A stretch of 64,000 bases of DNA from Candidatus Eiseniibacteriota bacterium (GCA_963717935.1 CAVQXP010000004.1:1312001-1376000), one strand, 5' to 3'. Positions 44,490-56,915 are shown, counted from the stretch's first letter. Numbers and translations are program-made. Notes: generated from the sequence alone by a model not told the origin.

Positions 44490-46069
44490 GGCCCGGCGAG
44501 GTCGCCCATTCCGTCTCGCGCGGCGCCTTCTGGCTCGTCCCTGGAGAAGGTGGCGGCGCTGCTCTCGAGCGTGGCCTACTCGGTGCTGTTGCTGCGCTGG
44601 CTGGGGCCCAGGCAGTTCGGGATCATGACGCTCGCTCTGGCCTGCGTGGGGTTCGCCACGGCGGCGACCGGCAACTTCGAGATGTTCCTCGAGCGCTACG
44701 CCGCCGAGTACGGGGCGCGCGGTCTGATGCCGCACCCTGCGCCGCGCCCACCTCCTCGCGCTGGGCATCAAGCTCGGGCTCGGGCTCGTCGTGAGCGCGG
44801 TGCTGCTGGCCCTCACTCCGTGGCTCGCCCGCTTCTTCGCCGTCCCCCAGTTGCTCGTGCTCGTGCCGCTCCTCACGGCGATGGTGGCCTTCGACGGGTT
44901 CTCCACCACGGGCCGGGCCACGCTCTACGGGACGCAGGAGTTCCGCTGGCTCTCGCTGCTGGCCGTCGTCTTCCACGTCGTCAAGATCATCCTGGTGGCC
45001 ATGCTGTGGTGGGGCCGCCACGGTCTTACCGCGCTGGCGCTCGGGCTTTCGGTGCTGACCGTGGCCCTGGCTCTGGCGCAGACCGCGGTGCCGCTGTGGA
45101 TCACGCGTCACGCCCGGGACCGCGAGCCGCCGGCTCCCGAGCGCTCCTGGCGCGGGCTGTTCCGCAGCATGCTCGGCTATTGCGTGCCCCTGCTCGGCGC
45201 GCGCATCACCTTCATGTCGGGGCAGAACCTGAGCACGATCGTCCTGGGGAAGCTGTTCAGCCCCGGGCTCCTGGGCTACTTCAAGTTCGCGTTCCAGACC
45301 ATCGAGCGCTTCAACGACCTGGTGAACGCGGTGCCGTCCTCGCTCCTGCCCTCGCTCACCCGTCTCGTCGCGCAAGGGGAGCGAGAGCGGCTGCGCCTGG
45401 TCTTCGACCAGGCCCTGCGTCTCATCCAGGCGCTGGCCTGCGCTGCTCTCCTTCGGTTTGTTCGTCTTCGCCCGCGAGCTGACGCTGCTCATCGGCGGCT
45501 GGTCGTTCGAGCCGGCCGTCCCCCTGCTGCGCGTGCTGGCCCTGGTGCCCATGGCCCGCACGGCCCAGCAGCCGCTCACCATGCTGTTCCAGTCGCTGCG
45601 GCGTCCCGGCACCGTGCTGGCTCTGTCCGTGGTCAAGTTCATGACCGAATTCGGCGCCTACTTCCTGCTGGTGATCCCGCTGGGCGTCATCGGCGCGGCC
45701 TGGGCCAACCTGGCCGGCGCCACGGCATCCTACGTCGTGGCGATGGTGCTGCTGGGGCGCATCATGCCGGCGGGCGCGCGGAAACGAGTGCGTGCCGGTC
45801 TCACCCCGCTGGTCCTGCTGCTGCCGTTGCTGGCCATCACCCTGCTGGGAGAGTTGCGCTTCCATGGCGTGCCCCGGATCCTCTTCCACCTCGCACTGGT
45901 GCCGCCCGCAGGAGTGGGGATGTTCGCGCTGGGGTTGGTGCGCCGGGAGGATCTCGAGAAACTGGCGGACGTGCCGCTGGAGCGGCCCTGGACGCGGGTG
46001 GTGCGCGGGAGCCTGCTGCTCACGCTCAGCTTCTTCGCCCGCCTGGCCGGAGTGCGGAGGGCCGCGTGA
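44486..46069 (+). CDS. Oligosaccharide flippase (Wzx/MATE-like), frameshifted
   Basis: SRGAFW start, LLRWLGPRQFG, LGYFKFAFQ, many TM helices, GVIGAAWA. Confidence 0.78.
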
Positions 46070-46776
46070 ACGGGCTGCGGGTGCTGGTGATCATCCCGGC
46101 GCACGATGAGCAGGAGAGCCTGCCGCGCACGCTCGACGAGCTGCGCGCGGTCGTGCCGGGGGTGGACCTGCTGGTGGTGGACGACGGCTCCCGTGACGCC
46201 ACCGCCGGGGTGGCGCGCGCGCGCGGCGTGCGCGTGCTCCGCCACGTCTTCAACCAGGGCGTGGGCGCGGCGCTGCAGACCGGGTTCCGCTGGGCCGTCG
46301 AGCACGGCTACGACGTGGGCGTGCAGCTCGACGCGGACGGCCAGCACGACCCCGCCTACCTGGCGGTGCTGCTCGAGCCGGTGTGCGCCGATCGCTGCGA
46401 TGTGAGCATCGGTTCGCGCTACGTCCAGCGTTCCGGCTACCAGGCCCCGGCCGCGCGCCGCATCGGCATGGCGCTGTTCTCCAGCCTGGTGAGCGTGGTG
46501 CTGCGCACCCGGATCACCGACACGACCTCCGGCTTCCGCGCCTACGCGCGGAGGGTCATGGAGCTCTGCCAGCACGACTTCCCGCGGGACTTCCCGGATG
46601 CGCCCCTGCTCATCACGCTCGGGCGTCGTGGCTTCCGCATGGAGGAGGTGCCGGTCGAGATGCGCGAGCGCCGGGCCGGGCGGTCCTTCTACACGTTCGG
46701 CACGTCCTTGTACTACCCCTACAAGAACCTGCTGGCCTCGCTGATGGCGCTGCTCCAGCGGCCAGCGCAGCCCTGA
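46066..46776 (+). CDS. GT2 polyprenol-phosphate glycosyltransferase (DPM-synthase-like)
   Basis: IIPAHDE, VVDDGSRD, NQGVGAALQTG, DADGQHDP, DTTSGFRAY, RRAGRS. Confidence 0.88.
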   Translation: MNGLRVLVIIPAHDEQESLPRTLDELRAVVPGVDLLVVDDGSRDATAGVARARGVRVLRHVFNQGVGAALQTGFRWAVEHGYDVGVQLDADGQHDPAYLAVLLEPVCADRCDVSIGSRYVQRSGYQAPAARRIGMALFSSLVSVVLRTRITDTTSGFRAYARRVMELCQHDFPRDFPDAPLLITLGRRGFRMEEVPVEMRERRAGRSFYTFGTSLYYPYKNLLASLMALLQRPAQP

Positions 46777-46786
46777 GGGCCATTCC

Positions 46787-47179
46787 ATGATGTTCCTGTC
46801 GAGGACCCAGGTCATCGCCGCGATCGGTGCGGTCCTGCTCGTGCTCTACGTGCTGGACCTGGTGCGGCGCCGCAAGCTGTCCGAGGAGTACTCGCTGCTC
46901 TGGGTGATCTCGACCGTCGTCGTGGCGGCGCTGGGGTTCTCGACGCCACTTCTGGTCTGGGTGAGCCGCAAGCTCGGTATCGTGCAGGAGAACTCGACGG
47001 TGTTCGCCTTCGGGCTCGCGTTCAACCTGGCGATGCTGCTGCACCTCTCGGTCCGGCTCTCGCGGCTGGGCCAGGAGAACCAGGCGCTCTCGCGGGAACT
47101 GGCCCTGCTGCGCCACGAACTCGAGGAGTCGCGCGCGGGCGGTCCGCCGGCGGCCGCGCCGACGGCGGACCGGGCATGA
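46787..47179 (+). CDS. DUF2304 small membrane protein
   Basis: VRRRKLSEEYSLLW, three TM helices, LSRELALL coiled tail; typical GT2 partner. Confidence 0.8.
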   Translation: MMFLSRTQVIAAIGAVLLVLYVLDLVRRRKLSEEYSLLWVISTVVVAALGFSTPLLVWVSRKLGIVQENSTVFAFGLAFNLAMLLHLSVRLSRLGQENQALSRELALLRHELEESRAGGPPAAAPTADRA

Positions 47180-48183
47180 AGCGGCCGCTCCAGCTGCTCG
47201 TGGGGGTGGCCATCTCGGTGGCCGCGGTGTGGTTCTCCATGCGGGGGGTGAGCGCCCCGGAGGTCTGGCGGGCGCTGAGGCACTCCAACCTGCTGCTGTT
47301 CGGCGCCGTCATGGCCCTGACGCTGGCCAGCTTCTGGATCCGGGCCCTGCGCTGGCGCTCGCTCCTGTCCGGGGTGCAGCGGCCCTCGCTCCACAGCCTC
47401 TACAGCGCCACCATGATCGGCTTCATGGCCAACAACATGCTGCCCTTCCGGCTGGGCGAGTTCGTGCGGGCCTGGGCGCTGGCGCGCCGCGAGCGCTGCT
47501 CGACCACCATGGTGATGGCGACGGTCGTCGTGGAGCGCGTGGTGGACATGCTCGCGCTGCTCGGCATCCTGGGCGTCACCATCCTGGTGCACCCCATCGA
47601 GCCGGGCAGCAAGGCGGCGGAGTTCACCCACGCGGGCGCCGGCTCGCTCATCGTGCTCACGGTGGGGCTCACGCTCCTGCTCGTCGTGCTCGAGCGCACG
47701 CCCGGGCTGGCGCGCCGCGTGGTCCACCGTCTCTCGGCCCGGCTGCCCGAGCGCCACCGTGGCCGCGCGGTCGCCGCGCTCGACCATTTCGTCGAGGGCC
47801 TGGGGCTGTTCCGCGACCTGCCCCGCCTGCTGTGGGTCTTCCTGCTCTCGTTCGTGCTGTTCTCCTGCTTCGCGGTGGCGCTGCAGCTCAGCATGGAGGC
47901 CTTCGGCATCCACCTGCCGTGGTACGCGGGCTTCACGGTGCTGGTCATCTCCGCGTTCGCCATCATGGCGCCGGCCGCCCCGGGTTACATCGGCACCATG
48001 AACCTGGCGTGCGTGGCCGGGCTCGCGCTCTTCGGGGTGACCAACCGCGAGCTGGCCAACTCCTTCTCGTGGTTCTACTGGGCGGGGCAGTGGCTGCCGG
48101 TCACCGTGGTGGGCCTGTTCTACCTGCGGCGCGAGGGGCTCTCGCTGCGCTCGCTCAACCAGGCCCAGGAAACGAGCTCATGA
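47176..48183 (+). CDS. Lysylphosphatidylglycerol-synthase-TM (YbhN/AglD2-like) putative flippase
   Basis: IRALRWRSLL, GFMANNMLPFRLGEFVR, VVERVVD, PAAPGYIG. Confidence 0.85.
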   Translation: MKRPLQLLVGVAISVAAVWFSMRGVSAPEVWRALRHSNLLLFGAVMALTLASFWIRALRWRSLLSGVQRPSLHSLYSATMIGFMANNMLPFRLGEFVRAWALARRERCSTTMVMATVVVERVVDMLALLGILGVTILVHPIEPGSKAAEFTHAGAGSLIVLTVGLTLLLVVLERTPGLARRVVHRLSARLPERHRGRAVAALDHFVEGLGLFRDLPRLLWVFLLSFVLFSCFAVALQLSMEAFGIHLPWYAGFTVLVISAFAIMAPAAPGYIGTMNLACVAGLALFGVTNRELANSFSWFYWAGQWLPVTVVGLFYLRREGLSLRSLNQAQETSS

Positions 48184-48212
48184 CCCCGCGAGCCGGGCGG
48201 CTCGGCGGCGAT

Positions 48213-49419
48213 TCAGCGCGGGTAGTGCCCGACGACCTTGCGCACCGCGGCGACGACGTCCTCGACGTCGCGCGGCGTCATGTCCGGGAAGAGCGGCAGG
48301 GTGACGGCGCGGCGGTAGGCGTCCTCGGCGACCGGGAAGTCGCCGGCGCGCACGCCCAGCCGGTCCTGGAAGTAGGGATGCAGGTGGATGGGGATGAAGT
48401 GCACCGAGGCGCCGATGTTCTCGGCGCGCAGCTCCTGGATGAAACGCGCGCGGTCGCAGGTGAGCCGCTCCAGCTCCAGCGCGACCGGATAGAGGTGCCA
48501 GGCGTGCACCGACCCCGGCGCGCACCTGCGGCCGGCGCACCTCGGGAACCGCGGCGAGCAGGGAGTCGTAGAGCGCCACGAGCTCCCGGCGCCGCTGCTG
48601 CATGCTCTCGAAGCGCTCCAGCTGCGCCAGGCCGATGGCCGCCAGCACGTCGCTGAGGTTGTACTTGAAGCCCGGGGCGGTCACCTCGTAGTACCAGGAG
48701 CCCGTGTCGCCGTAGCGCTTCCAGGCGTCGCGGTCCATGCCGTGCAGCGAGAGCAGGTTCATGCGCGCGGCCAGCGCGTCGTCGTCGGTGACCGCGGCGC
48801 CGCCCTCGCCGGTGGTGAGGTTCTTCGTGGCGTAGAACGAGAAGGCGGTGACGTCGGAGAGCGAGCCCACCGGCCGGCCGCCCAGCGAGGCCCCCAGCGC
48901 GTGGGCTGCATCCTCGACCACGGGGATGCCGCGTGCGCGGGCCAGCTCGCCGATGGCGTCGAGGTCGCAGGGATGCCCGGCATAGTCCACCGGGAGGAGG
49001 GCGCGGGTCTTCGCGGTGAGCGCGCGCTCGACCGCGCGCGGGTCCAGGCACAGCGTGTCGGGCTCGACGTCCACCAGCACCGGGCGCGCTCCCACGTGCT
49101 CGATGACGTTCACGCAGGCCACGAAGGTGTAGGTCGAGGTGATCACCTCGTCGCCGGGGCCCACTCCGAGTGCGGCGAGCGCAAGGTGCAGGGCGCCCGT
49201 GGCCGAGTTCACCGCGAGGCCGTGGCGCGCTCCCGCGAGGGCCGCCACGCGGTGGCCCAGTTCCACCGTCCGCGGGCCCGTCGTGATCCAGCCGGATTCG
49301 AGCGTCTCGAGCACGAGTTCCTTCTCGCGCGCCCCGATGGAGGGCCGGGAGAAGGGCAGGAACGTGGCGCGCACGGGGGTGCCGCCGCGCGAGGCGAGGG
49401 GATCGGGCACGGGAGTCAC
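48213..49419 (-). CDS. DegT/DnrJ/EryC1/StrS nucleotide-sugar aminotransferase (frameshift ~48510)
   Basis: SGWITTGP, EDAAHALG, FSFYATKNLTTGEGG, PGFKYNL, LPLFP. Confidence 0.92.
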
Positions 49420-49514
49420 GGCCGGCCGGTCGAGGTCGGAGCACAGGTTGGCATCAGGCGTGCGATTCTAGGGCACCACGCGCCCGGGTTCCAACTGCCT
49501 GCTCCGGGATCGCG

Positions 49515-50986
49515 GTGAGCCGGCGCTTCGTCCGGGACACGCTGGGCCTCGCGGTCAGCCAGTACGTGGCGCGCGGGATGCTGCTGGCGCGCGGCGTGCT
49601 GGCCGCGGTCGCCCTGGGGCCCGCGGGCTTCGGCCAGTGGAACGCGCTCAATCTGATCCTCGACTACGGCGGCTACGCCTCGGGTGGCGCCCTGCAGGGA
49701 CTCGACCTGCGGCTGCCCGCGCCGACCGCGCGGGGCGACGCGGGGGAGGCCCGGCGGTTGCTCGCCGGCGCCTGGAGCATGGTGCTCGCAGGCGGGACGC
49801 TGTTCGCGCTGCTGCTCGTCGCCGCGCTCGCGAGCGGACGGCCCACGCTGCTGCGCGGGCTCGGCTGGAGCGCTCCGCTCCTGATGCTCGCGGCCGCACT
49901 GCTCCAGCTCGTGTTGCAGTACCACGGCTCGGCCCTGCGCGCGCGCGGGCGCTTCGGTGCGGTGAGCGGCTCGGCGGCGGCGCAGGCGCTGCTGGGCGGT
50001 GGGCTGGGGCTCGCGCTGGTCTGGCGCTTCGGGATCCATGGACTGCTGTGGGGCTGGCTCGCGGGCACGCTCGTGGCCCTCGTCTGGGTGCGCCTCGCGG
50101 CGCCCGACGTGCCGCTGTGGCCCGGCGCGCCGGCGGAGGGCGCCAGGCTGGTGCGCGGGGGATTCGTGGTCTTCGCCTTCTTCATCGTCTCGCTCGTCCT
50201 GCGCTCCGTGGACCGGCTCGCCCTCATCCACTACGGCACGCCCGCGGATCTCGGCGCCTACAGCCTGGGGCTCATGGCGGCCGGGCTCGTGCTGTACGTG
50301 CCCGAGGCCGCGGCCGCGGTGCTCTATCCGCGCATCGCCGCGGCCGCAGGGGACGCGCGGGGCCTGGAGTGCCGTACGCGGGCAGGTGGTGCGCGCGCAC
50401 CGCGCGCTGGCGGTGTCGCTGCCACTGGCGGTGGCGGTCGCGATGGTGTGGGTGGCGCCGGCGCTGTCGTGGTGGCTGCCGCGCTACCGGGACGCGGCCG
50501 AGGCCGTCCGGTTGCTCGCCCTGGGCGCGCTGCTGCTCTCGGCCTCGACGCTGCCGGGTTACTGGCTGCTGGGCAGCGGTCGCGCGCGGTCCCTGCTCCT
50601 GGCCGGGCTGGCGTGCGCCGTGGTGACCGCCCTGCTGGTCTTCGGGGTCGCGGCCCGCGCGCCCCGGCCGTCGCCGGTGGCCGTCGCCGCGTGCGCCGGC
50701 TACGGCGTCTTCGCGGCGGCGATCGCCACGCTCGCGGCGCGCGATCTGCGCCCCGGGCCGAGGCGGAGGGCTGACCTTCGCGGTGTCGAGCTTCCTGCCC
50801 GCCCTGTGGGCCGCGGCGGCCGCTTTCGCCGCCTGCCGGATCGGGCCGGCGGAGCCGGCCCTCGCCGCGGGGGCGCGCACGGTCGCCGTGGCGCTCGTCT
50901 ACGCGCCCGTGCTGTGGTGGCTGGGGCGTGGCCTCGGTCTGCGCGCGCTCGCCAGCCAGTGGGTCCGCCCGGAGGCGCGCGCATGA
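49515..50986 (+). CDS. Second oligosaccharide flippase / polysaccharide biosynthesis membrane protein, frameshifted
   Basis: LGPAGFGQW, SVDRL, LGAYSLG, LYPRI, many TM helices. Confidence 0.72.
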
Positions 50987-51053
50987 TCCCGCCGTCCTTC
51001 CCGTGGCCGACCTTGCAGGCGGTGGTCCGGCCGTGCCGTCGGGGACTCGCGCC

Positions 51054-53645
51054 ATGACGCGCCGGCAGGCCATCGGCGTGATCGCGGGCAGCCTCGCGGC
51101 GCACGGCCTGCTGCTCGCCGGATTGGCGGCGGCGCTGCCCGGGCCGCTGCGTCTGGCAGCGGCGTTCGCGGTGCTCGTCCTGGTGCCCGGCTGGGCCTTC
51201 GTCGTCCTCGGGGCGCGTGCCGCCCGGCGGCGCGTGGCTCGCGGCCGGCTGGGTGTTCGGCCTCGGGGTGGCCTGGAACGCCGCTCTCGTGCTGTTCGCG
51301 CGCGCGGCCGGGCTGCCCTTCCTCGCGCTTCTTCCCTGGACGCCGCTCACGAGCGTGCTGCCCTGGGGGCTCGTGCGTCTGGCGCGCCGGCGGAGCGCAG
51401 ACCGCGCGGGAGAGCGGGCTCGCTCGCGCGGCCGTTGCTGGCCGTGCTGCTCGCCGCTGCGTTCGCGGCCGTGCACGCGGCCCGCTTCGGGCCGCCCCTG
51501 GGGTACCTGAGCGACACGCCGGACCACGTCGGGACGCTGCGGCGCATGCTGCAGTCCGGGGATCTGTTCCCCGCCGATGCCTTCTTCCGCGATGCGGGCC
51601 GCGCGGGCGCGGACCCGCGCAAGGGTCTCTGGCACGGCATCGTCGCGCTGCTCGCGCAACTGGCGAGTGCTCGGTCCGCTCGAGGCCTGGCGCTGGCTCA
51701 GCGCCCTGGTCGCGCCGTTCCTCGTGCTCAACGTGGCCGCCCTGGGCTTCCTGTGCCGCGGCTCCACCGGCGCGGCGCTCGCGGCCTGGGTGCTGATGCT
51801 GACCTACGGGGGTGGCCTGGGGCAGAGCCCGGTCCGCCAGGCGGTCTACGCCACGCGCGTCGCGGACCAGTTGGCGCTCGCAGCCTCGGTCGCGGTGCTT
51901 GCGGACCTGGGCCGGCGCGCCTGGTCCACGCGCCTGGCCGCGGTGGCGCTGGGCTTCGCGGCGGTGACGGTGCACGTCTTCTCGGCCATCCAGTTCGCGC
52001 TGGTGCTTCCCGCGCTCGGGCTCGGGCTGCTGCTGCGCGACCGCCGTTTCGGCCCCGAGGCTGCGCCGGCTCGCCGGGACGGCCCTGCTGCTTGGCGTGG
52101 TCTGCCTGCCCTACCTGTTGTTCCGGGCGCAGCAGGCCTACGCGCCGACGAACGTGATCCATACCGAGCCCCAGGGGCTGACCTGGCTGGTCGGCTCGCT
52201 GCGCGTGGTGTCCATCGAGCAGCTCTGGGGCTGGCTGGGCCTGGCCTGGGTGCTCGTGCCACTGTCCTGGCCCTGGCTCTGGGCGCGCGGGCGGGGGAAC
52301 GTCGCGGTGCTCTTCCTGCTGACCTCCTCGCTGGCGGTGGCGCTGATCGTCTACGACCCGCCGGTCGTGGCGTTGCTGCAGCCGCGGCTCGGGTACCTGC
52401 TCATGCGCATGGTCTGGATCGTGCCCTTCGCCGTGCTCGTGGCCTGGCTGCTGCCGGAACTGCGTCGCAGGCGCGCGGACGGGCGGGGCCTGGTGGGCTC
52501 GCGCAGGGGCGGGAGCGCTGCTCGCCCTGGCGCTCGCGCTGCTCGCGCCCTCGGTCCGCGACGCCGTGCGCGCGCTCCGCGGTCCCGGGCCGGGCGCGGC
52601 GGTGGAGCAGGAGGAGGACCCGCGGCGCTGGCAGGCCGATTTCGACTGGATGGCGCGGCACCTCGACCCCGGCTGCGTGGTGCTCTCCGATCCCGCGACG
52701 TCGTACCTGGTGCCCATGATGACCGGGCGCTACGTGGCCACGCTCGTGGACCAGCACAGCTCGCCCAACGATTCGCTCGGGCTCACGCGCATCCTCGACG
52801 CCCGCGACGCGCTCGACCCGTACGGGACCTGGGAGCGCACGCGGGAGGTCGTCCGGCGCTACGGCGTGGGCGCCATCGTGCTCAACGACCGCTTCGAGGA
52901 GCCGCTGCCCCTGGACTACTGGGCGCCCCGGCATCCCTGGTTCCTCGCCGCGCGCGCGCGCTTCGATGCGCACCCCGAGGTCTTCCCGCCGCTCCACGAC
53001 ACGGGCGACCTGGTCGTGTACGGGCTCCGGAAGGCGGGGCTCGACACCCTGTCCGGCCCCGCGACCGCGCGTCCCTTCGTGGAGGCGTGGGCGCCGGGAT
53101 CGATCGCGGGCACACCTGTCTCTCGAGACCCGCTGGAGCGCGCTCCCGAGCTCGTCGGGTTCACGCTCGCCACCCGCGTGGCCGCGCCGGGCGACAACCT
53201 GACCGGAGTGGCCCGCTGGCGCGCGGCCCGTCCAGCCGGTGCGGGGGCGTGGCGCGTCGTCGTGCGGTTCGACCGCGCCCTGCCTGCGGGTTTCGCACCC
53301 CCGGCGTTCATCGGCAAACCGGCGCGGAAGCTCCTCGAGCGGCTGCGGCGCGAGCGCTATGGCTTCCGTTCCTACCACCTGCCCGCCCGCGGAGACTACG
53401 GCGTGGACCTGTGGAAGGGGGATGAAGTGGTGCAGGATTCCTTTGCGCTGTGGGTGCCCCCGGACATGGCCGAGGGGACCTACCAGGTCGAGATGCGCAT
53501 GCTGCGGCAGCCCCACTACCCGAACCTCCGGCTGAGCGAGTGGTTCTTTGATCGCGACCACGACCCGGGCGCGCCGGGGGGGACGCTCGTCGTGAGCCGC
53601 GGAGCGGCCGGGTCCGGTTTGAACCGGTGCGGGAACGCTCGCTAG
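51054..53645 (+). CDS. Large polytopic membrane protein with C-terminal periplasmic domain (GT-C/ArnT-like candidate), frameshifted
   Basis: Many TM helices over several frames, SDTPDHVG loop, VLSDPATSY, soluble beta-rich C-terminus. Confidence 0.5.
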
Positions 53646-53859
53646 AATGTTCCAGACTCGTGCCGAGTCGTGGGGCGGCCCCCCCGAGACGCTGGCACCG
53701 CACCTGTCATCGCGGATGGACCACGCATCCACGTCAGCCCAAGGGAGCCAGTGACTTGCCGACCCGCAACCAGGCCATGACCGCCCCCCCAGTCCCGCAG
53801 GTCCCACGCCGCCCGTCCCGCCGTCCCGGAGCGAGTCGCGCCCGTCGCGGGGTGGCCCG

Positions 53860-54964
53860 TTGAGCCGGCGTCGCATCGTCTGCGTCGCGGGCGTGCGCCC
53901 CAATTTCATGAAGGTGGCCGCCCTCCTGCGCGCGCTGCGCGGGCACAAGACGCTGGAGGGCCTGCTGGTCCACACCGGCCAGCACTACGACGCCAGCATG
54001 TCCGACTCCTTCCTGTCCGACCTGGAACTGCCCGAGCCGGTCGCCCACTTCCACGTGGGCCCGGACCTGCCGACGCGGCAGACCGCCCGCATCATGGAGG
54101 CCTTCGAGCAGGCGCTGGCCGGGCTCGCTCGCCGACCTGGTGCTGGTCGTGGGGGACGCCAACTCGACCCTGGCCTGTGCGCTCACCGCGGTGAAGTGCC
54201 GCATCCCCGTGGTGCACGTCGAGGCCGGGCTGCGCAGCTTCGACCGCGCGATGCCCGAGGAGATCAACCGCATCCTGACGGACCAGATGGCCGAACTGCT
54301 GTTCGTCACCGAGCAGAGCGGCATCGAGAACCTGCGCCGGGAGGGGGTCCCGGACGGGCGCGTCCACCTCACCGGCAACACCATGATCGACACGCTGGTG
54401 CACCTCATGCCGCGCATCGACGCGGCGCGCACCGCGGAGAGCCTGGGCCTGGAGCACGGCGGCTACGCCGTGGCCACGTTCCACCGCCCGAGCAACGTGG
54501 ACGACCCGGTCCGGCTTGCCGCGCTCGTGGACCTGCTGGCCGAGCTGGCGGGGAAGCTGCCGGTCGTGTTCCCTGTCCATCCTCGCACGCGCGGGACCCT
54601 CGAGGCCGCCGGCCTGTGGGAGCGAGTGGCGGCCGTGCCGGCGGTGCGCATCCTGGGGCCGCAGTCCTATTTCGACTTCCTGTCGCTGATGAAGGGTAGC
54701 CGCTTCGTGCTGACCGACTCCGGGGGCATCCAGGAGGAGACGACCTTCCTGGGTGTGCCGTGCGTCACGGCCCGGACCTCGACGGAGCGGCCGGTCACCA
54801 CCGAGATCGGCACGAACATCCTGGTCGGGGAGGATTTCGACCGTTCGCGTGAGGCCGTCGGCCGCATCCTCGCCGGCGAGGCACGCCGCGGCGCGATTCC
54901 CCCCCTGTGGGACGGCCACTCCGCGGAGCGGACGGTGGCGGTCCTGGAACAGCGATCGGCGTGA
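53860..54964 (+). CDS. wecB: UDP-N-acetylglucosamine 2-epimerase, non-hydrolysing (frameshift ~54125)
   Basis: GVRPNFMK, HTGQHYD, HVEAGLRS, MPEEINR, TDSGGIQEE, TERP. Confidence 0.94.
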
Positions 54965-56103
54965 GCGCCTCGCGGCCGGGCCTGTTCTTCCTGTCGGATC
55001 AGCTCGAGTCGCCGCCGCGGCTCGGCTACCAGATCCACTTGCTGGCGCTGATCCGTGCGGTCGGCCCGCTCGTGCCGACACGCGGATTCTGCTGGATGGC
55101 CGCGTCGCCGGCCCCGCCTGCCGGCCTGGTCGCGCTGGATCCGGCCGCCGCACCGCGGGGCAGGCTGGCCCGCAAGCGCCACTACGTCGCGCGCGCCTTC
55201 GCGCACATCGACCGCGAGGCCGCGCCCGGCTCCGTGGTCTGGGTGCGGAACTACTCCACCGCCCTGCTCGCGCTCCCCGGGCTCCGCCGACGCCGGCGCG
55301 CGGGGATCCGCAGCGTCTACGACGCATCGTGCATCCTGCGGCTCGAGGTGCCGGACGCCTCGAACCGTCTCGCCGCCTCCCTGAGCAGCTTCGTCGAGGA
55401 GTGCCTGCGGCCGCACTTCGACCGGGTGCGCACGCTGAATGGCCCGATGCGCGACTACCTGGTCAGGCACGGGGTCCCGGCGGAGCGGATCGTCGTGATC
55501 CCGGTGGGTGCCGAGCCGCAGGCCGAGCACTGGCGCCTGCGCGACGCGCCCCGGCGGCTGCTCTATGTCGGCAGCGCCATGGCTTGGCAGGGCCTGCCCA
55601 AGCTGCTCGAGGCGATGCGCATCCTCGAGCGGCGGTCCCCGGAGGTCCGGCTGAGCCTGGTGGGCCCCACGGCCGCGGAACTCGCGGGGCTGGCCCTGCC
55701 GGCGAACGTGCGTGCGCTCGGACACGTGCCCCACGCGGAGATCGGCCGCGTGTATCTCGAGCACGACCTGTTCGTGCTGCCGCGGCCGCGCTCGCCGCTC
55801 ACCGAGACCGTGACGCCCATGAAGATCCTCGAAGCGATGGCCTTCGGGATGCCGATCCTGGCCACGGACCTCGAGGCCATCCGCTGGGCGACGGGGCCGG
55901 ACGGGGCGTTCCTGCACCGCGACGGCAGCCCCGAGACGCTGGCTGCGGCCATCGAGGCGGCGCTCGCCGATTCGAGCGCCCTGGCCGCGACCGGCGCTCG
56001 AGCGCTCGAGCGCTCGGCCCGCTTCAGTTGGGAGGAGATCGGTCGTGGCATCGTCCGCGAACTGTTTCCGCGAGGTGAGTCACCCCCCGTTCCGACGACG
56101 TAG
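54961..56103 (+). CDS. GT4 glycosyltransferase
   Basis: LYVGS...QGL, GHVPHAE, PMKILEAMAFGMPILAT, FSWE. Confidence 0.85.
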   Translation: MSASRPGLFFLSDQLESPPRLGYQIHLLALIRAVGPLVPTRGFCWMAASPAPPAGLVALDPAAAPRGRLARKRHYVARAFAHIDREAAPGSVVWVRNYSTALLALPGLRRRRRAGIRSVYDASCILRLEVPDASNRLAASLSSFVEECLRPHFDRVRTLNGPMRDYLVRHGVPAERIVVIPVGAEPQAEHWRLRDAPRRLLYVGSAMAWQGLPKLLEAMRILERRSPEVRLSLVGPTAAELAGLALPANVRALGHVPHAEIGRVYLEHDLFVLPRPRSPLTETVTPMKILEAMAFGMPILATDLEAIRWATGPDGAFLHRDGSPETLAAAIEAALADSSALAATGARALERSARFSWEEIGRGIVRELFPRGESPPVPTT

Positions 56104-56915
56104 CCGGACTGAACCGCGCCGGGCTCTCCGGAGCGCCTGCTAGCTAGCGAGCGCCGCCAACTCGGCCGGGGCTTCCTGGCAGCGACAGTGCGCCTCCTCG
56201 TGCCCCGCACGGGGGGATATCCGACCAGCTCGAGTGGACGCGGGGAATGAACCAAGTGATTCGTTCCAGCGTCGCGAACTCGACGGCCTTCGAGGCCGCG
56301 CCGCGGTCCCCGACGCTGGATCACTGCGGTCTTGAACAGGCCGATTGCGGGTCTGGCCAGCGCGCTGTCGCGCGAGTCGCCGGGAGGGCCGGCCGGGGGC
56401 TCGTTCCCGACGTCAGCCAACCGCCCGGCGCAGCGGATCGACAGGCACTGCCCCCGCGTTCGCGATGATGCACCAACCCGGTTCGCAGTGCGCCTGATCT
56501 CGCCCGCCTCCATGTTCGCGTTGTCCGGTTGAAGAGACTGAGTGTCTCGCCGCCTCCAGCCGGTGGCCCTGAGCGCATGAACGGGGCGCGCTCTGGGCGC
56601 AGGCGCGGACGCGCGCCCATTGGACGGCCTGCCGAGGGTGCGCTAGACTTTGTCATAGACTGGCGCGATTCCAACCCGGGTCGTGCCCCGCATCGAATGT
56701 GGCGCCGACAGGAGCCCGATCGCATCTCATTGTCCCAGGCGATGCACCAGATTCCCGCCCGACATCCGACCGCGCACCGGGGCTGTGGACCGACGGCCCC
56801 GGATGCTAGACTTGATGCTCCGAGGCATGGGCCTCATCCCTCGGCGGGCGGTCCGTCTAGTGCCGTGCCGGCAGCGTCCGGGTAGCGTGGACAGATGGAA
56901 ACGGGGGATTTGTTG

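Noticed and set aside
56177..56191. TGGCAGCGACAGTGC possible sigma54 box
   Set aside because: Weak -12 element and over 700 bp from the next gene; likely chance.
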